A stretch of 64,000 nt of DNA from a virus. Shown one piece after another: positions 1-6,612 of the stretch. The stretch's first letter is position 1. Each line of letters begins with the position of its first letter. The stretch is from positions 258,022-322,021 of the IMG/VR virus record IMGVR_UViG_3300022744_000001. The stretch is one strand, 5' to 3'. The translations under genes and the position numbers were made by a program. The notes under the pieces are model-generated. The model ran no database searches, was not told the DNA's origin, and was given only the letters and a program-made list of their open reading frames with translations.

Positions 1-194
1 CTTCTTGGTTTTGTTCCCCTCGAGCACATGCGGGTAAGCCTTCGGATGGTTGCACTTGACCAAAGTCCCGGGGTTGATCCGGGTGATTTCGGAAAAGAAC
101 TCCGTGAGCCCCACTCTTCGCTCTGCATGAATCAACGTGATCCCTGGAGAGGCAAAGCCTGCTCGAAAGGGGAGGCCAGGAATGCCGAACGGAA
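1..194 (-). CDS. hypothetical protein, partial; continues beyond the window start. The start codon is uncertain, with GTG/TTG candidates near 102-104, 123-125 and 192-194
   Basis: The minus-strand frame directly downstream of the nucleotidase stop stays open to the window edge. Its translation (…VGLTEFFSEITRINPGTLVKCNHPKAYPHVLEGNKTKK) has a protein-like composition. No ATG is present in this frame. Confidence 0.3.
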
Positions 195-749
195 TTATCG
201 GCACAGGTGATTGCTCACCTTGGCCAAAACCTCATCCCACGTGTGCACACGGCCCGAGTGATCGAGGTTGCGCGTGTTGGGGATGTGCCACAGCATGGCC
301 AGCTCGTTCGGGTGCCGCGCCTGCCAGTTGTTCACGTGCTCGGGTTTGTCATCCAAGAGGGCCCGACCATGAACTAGGTACTTCGCGCCCGTGTTCACGA
401 CACGCTTGGAAGGGATACCGAAGTGCTGCCACAACCACTGCGTTCGCTCATGCACCCAGGTCGGCGACCGGAAGGGGGTCGTCACGATGATGACGGTACC
501 CAGCTTGGACAGGTTCTCGATGAACTGCTGAGCCCCCTCAGCGGGTTTCAGCTTGGCCGCGAACCCCGGCTGCTCGATGATCTGGAAGACCTTCTTGCGC
601 TCCTCTTCCGAGAGCGTCCCGAAGATATCCCACTCGTTGAAATCATGTTGGGTGTAACTGCGGCCGGTTACCTCACTCATGATGTCGAGTGCAGGGGTTT
701 GGAAGTCGGCCAACACCTCATCTACGTCTACCAATAGCTCGTCATGCAT
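195..749 (-). CDS. 5'(3')-deoxyribonucleotidase-like HAD-family phosphatase (NT5C-like)
   Basis: A 184-aa ORF with an N-terminal HAD motif I, LLVDVDEVLADF (DxDxV). This matches the D-M-D-G-V-L-A-D-F signature of 5'(3')-deoxyribonucleotidases. The size is typical of the family. Confidence 0.6.
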   Translation of the reverse strand: MHDELLVDVDEVLADFQTPALDIMSEVTGRSYTQHDFNEWDIFGTLSEEERKKVFQIIEQPGFAAKLKPAEGAQQFIENLSKLGTVIIVTTPFRSPTWVHERTQWLWQHFGIPSKRVVNTGAKYLVHGRALLDDKPEHVNNWQARHPNELAMLWHIPNTRNLDHSGRVHTWDEVLAKVSNHLCR

Positions 750-796
750 GCCCCCTGGTACACCGCTGGGTACATGCTTACGGTGTAGCCCAAACC
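750..796. promoter_or_regulatory. divergent intergenic region between the minus-strand nucleotidase gene and the plus-strand small gene
   Basis: A 47-nt non-coding gap flanked by diverging start codons at 749 (-) and 797 (+). No consensus -35/-10 elements could be identified by eye. Confidence 0.25.
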
Positions 797-1093
797 ATGA
801 TCTACTCGTTCAAAGTAACATCTCTCCGAGAGGTGGACGTCCCCCAACACTTCATCACCATCGGAAAGGGACTAGACACATTCACCGTCCGAACGGATGA
901 TGTTGATGCGCTGAAGGATTTCCTGCTAAATGAAGGCGTCTCGATTCTCGAGTGCAATCAGATTGACGACCTCGAGCCCGTCGAGCCACAGCCCGAAGTG
1001 GCCAACTACCTTCAGGGAGGGTTGAATGAGCGACAATGTCTGCCCACACTGCAAACAAACCATACCTACGACACCCCAGACGACGGCAACTGA
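797..1093 (+). CDS. hypothetical small protein (99 aa)
   Basis: This is the internal ATG of track ORF 689..1093. Translation from it (MIYSFKVTSLREVDVPQHFITIGKGLDTFTVRTDDVDALKDFLLNEGVSILECNQIDDLEPVE…) is protein-like. The 36 residues upstream of it are Arg/His/Pro-rich junk. Confidence 0.4.
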   Translation: MIYSFKVTSLREVDVPQHFITIGKGLDTFTVRTDDVDALKDFLLNEGVSILECNQIDDLEPVEPQPEVANYLQGGLNERQCLPTLQTNHTYDTPDDGN

Positions 1094-1436
1094 CACTGTC
1101 TTCTTGGGGTCAAGAGCTACGCCTTGGAACGACGTCCGAACCGACGTTTTGGGTGCTCTCTTCAAGGACTCGGAGCTTCGCCCCATCGTCCTCATCGGCG
1201 CTGTGGCGCACCACTTGAAGTGCGGCCTCGTAGAAGCCGAAAAGATCTTGGAACGACTCCAGAAAGAGGGGGCCGTCCGCGAGGCCACTGCGGAGGAGAA
1301 AGCCAAAGTTGGAGCCACCTTCGGCTATGTGGCAACCACTCCCGCCCCAACCCAGCTAGCTACCGCGCTCGAGCACGCCAAGAAGGCCGCGGAAATGGCT
1401 ACTCTGGCCGCTCCGGTAGATAGCGCTCGTACGTAG
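1026..1436 (+). CDS. hypothetical protein with an N-terminal CxxC pair (CPHC); possible small zinc-binding or regulatory protein
   Basis: A 136-aa ORF with balanced composition and a C-terminal Ala/Glu/Lys-rich helical-looking region. It overlaps the end of the previous plus-strand ORF by about 68 nt in another frame. It converges with the minus-strand gene at 1399. Confidence 0.45.
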   Translation: MSDNVCPHCKQTIPTTPQTTATDTVFLGSRATPWNDVRTDVLGALFKDSELRPIVLIGAVAHHLKCGLVEAEKILERLQKEGAVREATAEEKAKVGATFGYVATTPAPTQLATALEHAKKAAEMATLAAPVDSART

Positions 1437-2205
1437 CGTCCATCAGGTCGCCACGGGCCCATTGAGCCGCCTGGCTATCGCGGCCGGGCTCCATCACGTC
1501 GAGCCCCTTCGAACGCAGGTAGTCTTCACACTTCTCGAGGGAGAACTCCTTCTCAAAGAAGCGGGAGATCACGAAGGTGCGTTTCGAGCGCTCTACCCAC
1601 ACAGGGTTGTCCACCACTTCCGGGGGCTTCCACCCGAACGGAACGGCACCCTGTTCGATTGGCCGGAGCTGGGCTTCCAGCTTCGGCCGCAGGTGGTCCA
1701 GAAGCTCGTCCAGGGCCTTGTCCACGTCGCGCTGAAAGTCGTCCTTGTTCAACTCGATGGACTTCTGGAGAGACTCCAGGGCCTCGTCCTCGAGCTTCCG
1801 CATGAAGGTCTCGACCTTCCGGAACTCCTCATGGGTTACCCGGTTGAGCTGCCCCTTGCGCTCGAGCCGCACGATGCGGGACGACTGAGAGCGGGAGCTG
1901 TCCTCGAACTTCTCGTTCCCGTCGGTCGCACGCCACATGACCAACCGTTGGCGGTCCGTGTCGTAGACCCAGAGATACTTCCACTTGTTGGAAACCGGGC
2001 CCCGGATGATGCGAGGGTCGTTCCCGAACTCCTCCTCAGCCAAGTCCCCCAAGTCCCCGCCGTCCGTGGAGAGCACGTACTTGCGCCCCGCGATCAGCAC
2101 GGTAGGGATCTTGGGCCCGCGGGGTCCGAGGGGCACAACCGGCCCCGCTACGTGCAAAGCCGCGACTCGAGCAATGAGGTCCAGGTCCGACATTACCCCA
2201 GGCAC
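1399..2205 (-). CDS. hypothetical protein (268 aa)
   Basis: A long ORF with protein-like composition. The RL-rich antisense ORF 1462..2634 is judged the artefact. Confidence 0.6.
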   Translation of the reverse strand: MPGVMSDLDLIARVAALHVAGPVVPLGPRGPKIPTVLIAGRKYVLSTDGGDLGDLAEEEFGNDPRIIRGPVSNKWKYLWVYDTDRQRLVMWRATDGNEKFEDSSRSQSSRIVRLERKGQLNRVTHEEFRKVETFMRKLEDEALESLQKSIELNKDDFQRDVDKALDELLDHLRPKLEAQLRPIEQGAVPFGWKPPEVVDNPVWVERSKRTFVISRFFEKEFSLEKCEDYLRSKGLDVMEPGRDSQAAQWARGDLMDATYERYLPERPE

Positions 2206-2217
2206 CTTACAAGTGAA

Positions 2218-2547
2218 TCAACCGCCAGATTTCAGCGCCTCGTACTTCTTCCGAGCCGCTGCCAGACGACCCATAGCATCCTCACGGGCGGTCGCCTCGT
2301 CGTCATAGATCCTGGTGTTCTCAACGAACACGGTGTTTGGCCGAAGAAGAGTTGCCCCGATGATGTAAGTCGCGAGGCCCTTGAAATCGTATGGGCCATC
2401 CTCAGAGAGACTGCCACAGAAATAGGTAAGCCTGTCCTCGTCGCTCGCGTACTCCTCCGAGCTGAAAAACTCAACAAGGTCGGCCGCATCCGACATATCC
2501 CGCACCAACCAGATCTTCTTGATTTCGGCCATAGCTCCTCGTCTCAA
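2218..2547 (-). CDS. hypothetical protein (109 aa)
   Basis: An ORF in the operon with tight spacing to its neighbours. Confidence 0.5.
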   Translation of the reverse strand: MRRGAMAEIKKIWLVRDMSDAADLVEFFSSEEYASDEDRLTYFCGSLSEDGPYDFKGLATYIIGATLLRPNTVFVENTRIYDDEATAREDAMGRLAAARKKYEALKSGG

Positions 2548-2579
2548 GAACGCCCCAACGGCCGAGAATCTATACCGGA

Positions 2580-3719
2580 TCAGTGCAGGGTCTCCACAAT
2601 CACCCCGGTCAAGGCTACCTCAGAAAGCCGATAAACCTTGAGTTTCGACCAGTTGAGGTACAGAGTTCCAGTCAAAAACGCCTCCAACGTCCATTTGTCA
2701 TGCACGTCGCGCCAGCGGGCCGAGTAGTCTTTGACCTCGAGCTTACCTGGGTCCCCGGGCAAGTGAACCACGATGCCGTCGGGGCCGTCCACCACAAGGG
2801 TGCGCCCGTGGACGTAGGGGGCTGAATCCGGAGAGGCCAGGTAGAATCCCTCCCCCTCCAAGGTCTCGACCTCTGCGGAGGCCCAGGGGGCGGCTTTGGT
2901 GAGGATGAGCGAGCCCAAGACTCGAGCCCACTGGGCAGTGATGACGGCCGACGACGCCGCGATCTGGTCGAAGTGCAGGTTCAGGGTGGTCCCGTCCTGC
3001 ACCCCTGAGCGAACTCGAGCGGTCACGTCTACCGGGAAGACCTCGTGACCAAGCTCCCCCAGCTCGGGGGCCCCAAAGGGGAACCGTCGGAAGAACTCCG
3101 CCGCCGACCCAGTAGCCCCCTCAATGAGCTTCGGGAGTCGGGCATAAAGCTCCGCAGCCAGCTCCCCACGACCACCCCTGGTCGCGAGCCTCGTCCTCTG
3201 GTGCACCAGCGGGGCTGGCATGCGGGAAGGAGCCCGGGAGAGCAGGGCGGACTTCACCTGCTTCTCCCGCTCACTTTCGTGCACATTGACAGCGAGGAGG
3301 CTGGCGATCTCTGGCTTCACCTTGGGCTCGGGCACCACCATGCGACCGGACTCGCGCGGCACCATCTCGGGCTGGTAGAAGTCCTCGGGGCCCAACTTCG
3401 CGAGCGCTCGCCCGGTATCGGGTGAGATCACCAGGATGCTGTTGTCCCCTCCGAGCTGCTCGTGCTCGTCGGCCAGGAACTGCACCACGTTGGCCAACAA
3501 CTCGGGCCCAGTGTCCTCGTTCAGGTAGGCCCGCAACCGCTCTTGCAAGAACGCCTGGTCAATCTGGCGAACCGTGAAGACCTCTTGCAGGTCCGACTTT
3601 TGCTGGATGAGGTAGCGGACCGACAGCAAAAGCTCCGTGTCAGGTTGGGCTTCGGAGACCACGGCAACCTGGAACTTGTGCTCGAGGTTGGAGTCCCCTG
3701 TTTTCACCAGATTGCTCAT
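2580..3719 (-). CDS. hypothetical protein (379 aa)
   Basis: A long ORF that sits 8 nt from the AAA ATPase gene. No motif was recognised. Confidence 0.6.
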   Translation of the reverse strand: MSNLVKTGDSNLEHKFQVAVVSEAQPDTELLLSVRYLIQQKSDLQEVFTVRQIDQAFLQERLRAYLNEDTGPELLANVVQFLADEHEQLGGDNSILVISPDTGRALAKLGPEDFYQPEMVPRESGRMVVPEPKVKPEIASLLAVNVHESEREKQVKSALLSRAPSRMPAPLVHQRTRLATRGGRGELAAELYARLPKLIEGATGSAAEFFRRFPFGAPELGELGHEVFPVDVTARVRSGVQDGTTLNLHFDQIAASSAVITAQWARVLGSLILTKAAPWASAEVETLEGEGFYLASPDSAPYVHGRTLVVDGPDGIVVHLPGDPGKLEVKDYSARWRDVHDKWTLEAFLTGTLYLNWSKLKVYRLSEVALTGVIVETLH

Positions 3720-3726
3720 GCCTGCC

Positions 3727-5304
3727 TCACTTGATCAACTTGAACTGCTCGGAACGACGATCCGAAGCAAGCCGCGCCCGGACCCCATCATCCACGCTGG
3801 GGTCGTACCCCACCCACTCGAGGATGGCCTTGATCTCGTCCCCCATAGTAGTGATGAGCCTCGGCTTGCGCTCGAGCTGCTGGAGCAAAATCTCCTCGTC
3901 CAACCCTTTCTTCTTGGAGTTGAAGGACTTCACCAGGGACGACTCCATCACCTGTTCAATCTCGCGACCAACGAGAGACACCGATTTCTCGGCCAGATGG
4001 GCAAGGTTGAACTTGCTCATGTCCTGCCTCATCCGCTTGCCGTGAATCTTGAGGATATCGATGCGGTCTTCCTCCGATGGCAGGTCGAAGAAAAAGCGCT
4101 CGTCGAGGCGGTTGACCATTTCCGCGGGCAGGTTTTTCAGGCTGTTGGCCGTCATCACGATGCTCACGGGGGCTTTGGACTCCTGTGTCCAAGTGGAGAG
4201 GATGCCAAGCAGGCGAGACGTTGTACCCGCGTCGCTCTGCGCCGAGGAGGCCGACCCAGACAAGCTCTTCTCCGCCTCATCGACCCACATGATGCAAGGG
4301 GCCACCGAATCCACGATGCGAAGGGCTCGGTATAGGTTGGCCTCGGATTCACCCAAGGCTGAGGTGCGGATGCGCCCCATCTCGAACTGAACCAGGGGTA
4401 GCCCCCACTCGTTGGCCAGCGCTTTTGAGCACAAGCTCTTGCCGCACCCATGCACCCCCACAAGCAGTACGCCCCGAGGCGGCTGCAACCCGAACTTCTG
4501 ACCCTCCTCGGTCCAACAGGCTTTGCGCTCCTGCGCCCATGCCTTGAACCGTTGCGCCCCACCCACGGAGGAGAACGAGATTCCCTCCGTGTTGACCAGG
4601 TGCACCAACTCGCTCTTGCGAATCTGTTGGCGCTTGTATCGAGCCACGAACTCGGGCTCGATGACTCGAACGTCTTGAGGGTGGTGTTTCATGCGCGAAG
4701 ACACCACGGACAAAGACATAGCCGACTCGATTTCATACGAGGTCAGACCAGCGAACAGCCTGGTGGGGTTTTCCGGCAACTCCGGGACCTTGAGTTTCGC
4801 CGCCAAATTCGTCACCGTAGTCATCAACTCTTCGGGCGAAATCTCAGTTTCGTCCACGACCTCGATGTACCGCTGGAGCTTCTCCGGGATGTTGCGGCGG
4901 TGGTTCACGAAGATGAGGCACTTGGTGGAGTTGATGTCCTGGTGTGCCTGGTAGAGGATGTTCAGAATGCGCCGCACCACGTGGGCGTCCTGAAACCAAC
5001 GGTCCGGGTCGAGGATGAGGTAGTGGTGCGCCTTGCCGTTTGGGACGTCGTTGTAGACCTTCATCAAGGCGTCGTTGATAGAAGCGATCTTCTGATCCGG
5101 AGCCGCAGGCTTCTTGGCCTTCCAGTCCTCCACCACTTCGGCGATGTTCTTTATCCCCGTCGTAGCGTTGTAGACCCACACCCTCTCTTCGTTCTTCTTC
5201 ATCTTCTCGTGAAAATTCACGACGAAGCGGTCCTCCTCGTCAACAATGACGTACAGAGCTTTGGTAAAAGCCCGGAGGTGAAGTGACATCTCTTGGCTCA
5301 GCAT
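3727..5304 (-). CDS. classic-clade AAA+ ATPase (525 aa) with an N-terminal domain of unknown function
   Basis: Walker A is PPRGVLLVGVHGCGKS and Walker B is IMWVDEAEKS. A second region of homology reads …VMTANSLKNLPAEMVNRLDERFFFDLP, matching the TNRPDxLDxAxxRxGRFD pattern. Confidence 0.8.
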   Translation of the reverse strand: MLSQEMSLHLRAFTKALYVIVDEEDRFVVNFHEKMKKNEERVWVYNATTGIKNIAEVVEDWKAKKPAAPDQKIASINDALMKVYNDVPNGKAHHYLILDPDRWFQDAHVVRRILNILYQAHQDINSTKCLIFVNHRRNIPEKLQRYIEVVDETEISPEELMTTVTNLAAKLKVPELPENPTRLFAGLTSYEIESAMSLSVVSSRMKHHPQDVRVIEPEFVARYKRQQIRKSELVHLVNTEGISFSSVGGAQRFKAWAQERKACWTEEGQKFGLQPPRGVLLVGVHGCGKSLCSKALANEWGLPLVQFEMGRIRTSALGESEANLYRALRIVDSVAPCIMWVDEAEKSLSGSASSAQSDAGTTSRLLGILSTWTQESKAPVSIVMTANSLKNLPAEMVNRLDERFFFDLPSEEDRIDILKIHGKRMRQDMSKFNLAHLAEKSVSLVGREIEQVMESSLVKSFNSKKKGLDEEILLQQLERKPRLITTMGDEIKAILEWVGYDPSVDDGVRARLASDRRSEQFKLIK

Positions 5305-5332
5305 CGCTTGGCTACCTCTCCTGAATCAAATA

Positions 5333-5376
5333 CACCGAAAAAGGAAAGGGCCCGTCATTGCTGACGAGCCCTTTCA
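5333..5376 (-). terminator. rho-independent terminator candidate downstream of gene 5396..5755
   Basis: Plus-strand gaaagggcccgtca-ttgc-tgacgagccctttc forms a 14-bp stem with one mismatch and a 4-nt loop. On the minus-strand RNA the hairpin is followed by uuuccuuuuucgg (a U-run). Coordinates are approximate to within 2 nt. Confidence 0.5.
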
Positions 5377-5395
5377 CAGACAAGCTGTGTGAGGA

Positions 5396-5755
5396 TCAGC
5401 CAGTCTGCCAAGTCAGCACAACGACCTTCTCGCCGTTCTCCTCAACGACGTCGCGGCCGATGATTTGCACGCCTTCTTTTTCCGACTCGCGGCGGTATTT
5501 CGCCTCGGCGTACCACTGGCGAAGAATGCTCACGTCGCTTTTGGTGACCTGATTGCCGGTCGTGTGGCGGACAGCATCCACGTCACCGCTGGAGACTTTG
5601 CCCGTGCGAAGATCGACGGTCGTTCCGTTGTAGATGCCGGTCTTGAGGGTGAAGACTTGCTGCGATTCGCTGAACTGAACCTTGTTGTTCCGCAGCGCAT
5701 CGATCAAGGCTTCGCGGTCGTTGATGCTGGTTTTGATGGTCAAACGATGGGACAT
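5396..5755 (-). CDS. hypothetical protein (119 aa)
   Basis: An ORF followed by the hairpin terminator. Confidence 0.55.
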   Translation of the reverse strand: MSHRLTIKTSINDREALIDALRNNKVQFSESQQVFTLKTGIYNGTTVDLRTGKVSSGDVDAVRHTTGNQVTKSDVSILRQWYAEAKYRRESEKEGVQIIGRDVVEENGEKVVVLTWQTG

Positions 5756-5785
5756 AGCGCTTTCCTTTTCCTCAACGACCTACGG

Positions 5786-5974
5786 TCAATCCCCGACGAC
5801 CTCGTGCTGGGTCGGGGTGCAGTCGGGAAGTTCCTCGTCCGAGAGGACCTCGCCGACTCGCTCCGATACCCGGTACGACTCGGAGCACAAATGGCGCCCC
5901 CGATTCGTCACTTCCGTGACGACCCGTCCATCCGGGTAAAACTTGGCAATGCCGGTCATCGGTCCTTCGCTCAT
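5786..5974 (-). CDS. hypothetical small protein (62 aa)
   Basis: The protein has balanced composition (MSEGPMTGIAKFYPDGRVVTEVTNRGRHLCSESYRV…). Its start overlaps the upstream gene's stop by 4 nt in an ATGA-type coupling. Confidence 0.4.
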   Translation of the reverse strand: MSEGPMTGIAKFYPDGRVVTEVTNRGRHLCSESYRVSERVGEVLSDEELPDCTPTQHEVVGD

Positions 5975-6603
5975 TTGGAATCTCCTTGGTTTGGTTTCGC
6001 AGCGGGTGTTCCCCCCTCTACACCGGTGCCCAGTTGAATCCGGGCTCCTCGTTTCACCAGCTTTTCATTGGAACCTACTGGGGCTGGAGCTTCCCAGGGA
6101 TCACGCGAAGCTGGTTTTGCTTCAGGGGTTGGCCCACCTCGCAACATGACCCCTTCTTGTCGAGGGGTATTGATGAGCACCACGTCCTGAGTCAGCGTTG
6201 TGCTCAGAATGCGAGGCGGGGGCGGTTCCGGCGGAAAGACCGCCAACGGAGCTTGGGCTTCATTGACTGGAGGGCGGATGTCTTCCGGAACCTGAACCGT
6301 GGTTGGCTTCAAATCCCGAGGGTCGTCCCAGCTGCCCTGTTTCCCAGGGGGCGGAGGCGTGAACATCTTGAACTGCTGCCCCTGGATTACCTGAAACCGA
6401 GGGTCGCTAGGGTCCATCCTGGGCACGTCTGTAAACAGCCGCTCCTCCCAGTGAAGGACTCGGTCGTCAAACTTGGTTTTCCTGTGGAGACTGCGGGTGC
6501 ATTCAGGCTGGTAGCACCGGAAACAATGTGTCTCCTGCAAGTGCTCGAGCGTTACCCCAGGGGTGAGGCAATCCTTAACGCAATCTCTACGGGCCATACC
6601 CAA
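5971..6603 (-). CDS. hypothetical protein with an N-terminal Cys cluster and a Pro-rich middle region (210 aa)
   Basis: The N-terminus reads CVKDC…HCFRCYQPEC, a possible zinc-binding region. It is followed by PPPPGK/PPEPPPP low-complexity segments. Confidence 0.5.
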   Translation of the reverse strand: MGMARRDCVKDCLTPGVTLEHLQETHCFRCYQPECTRSLHRKTKFDDRVLHWEERLFTDVPRMDPSDPRFQVIQGQQFKMFTPPPPGKQGSWDDPRDLKPTTVQVPEDIRPPVNEAQAPLAVFPPEPPPPRILSTTLTQDVVLINTPRQEGVMLRGGPTPEAKPASRDPWEAPAPVGSNEKLVKRGARIQLGTGVEGGTPAAKPNQGDSK

Positions 6604-6612
6604 GCCGCTCTA

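Noticed and set aside
1462-2634. Long plus-strand ORFs antisense to minus-strand genes. These also include 6976..8520, 8548..9429, 12866..14068, 17270..19129, 24744..25889, 27660..29306, 39448..41274, 51789..53006, 57786..58640 and 61115..62278
   Set aside because: Their translations are Arg/Leu/Val/Gly/His-rich with the low-complexity character typical of antisense frames in GC-rich coding DNA. The minus-strand partners have recognisable motifs or clean protein-like composition.
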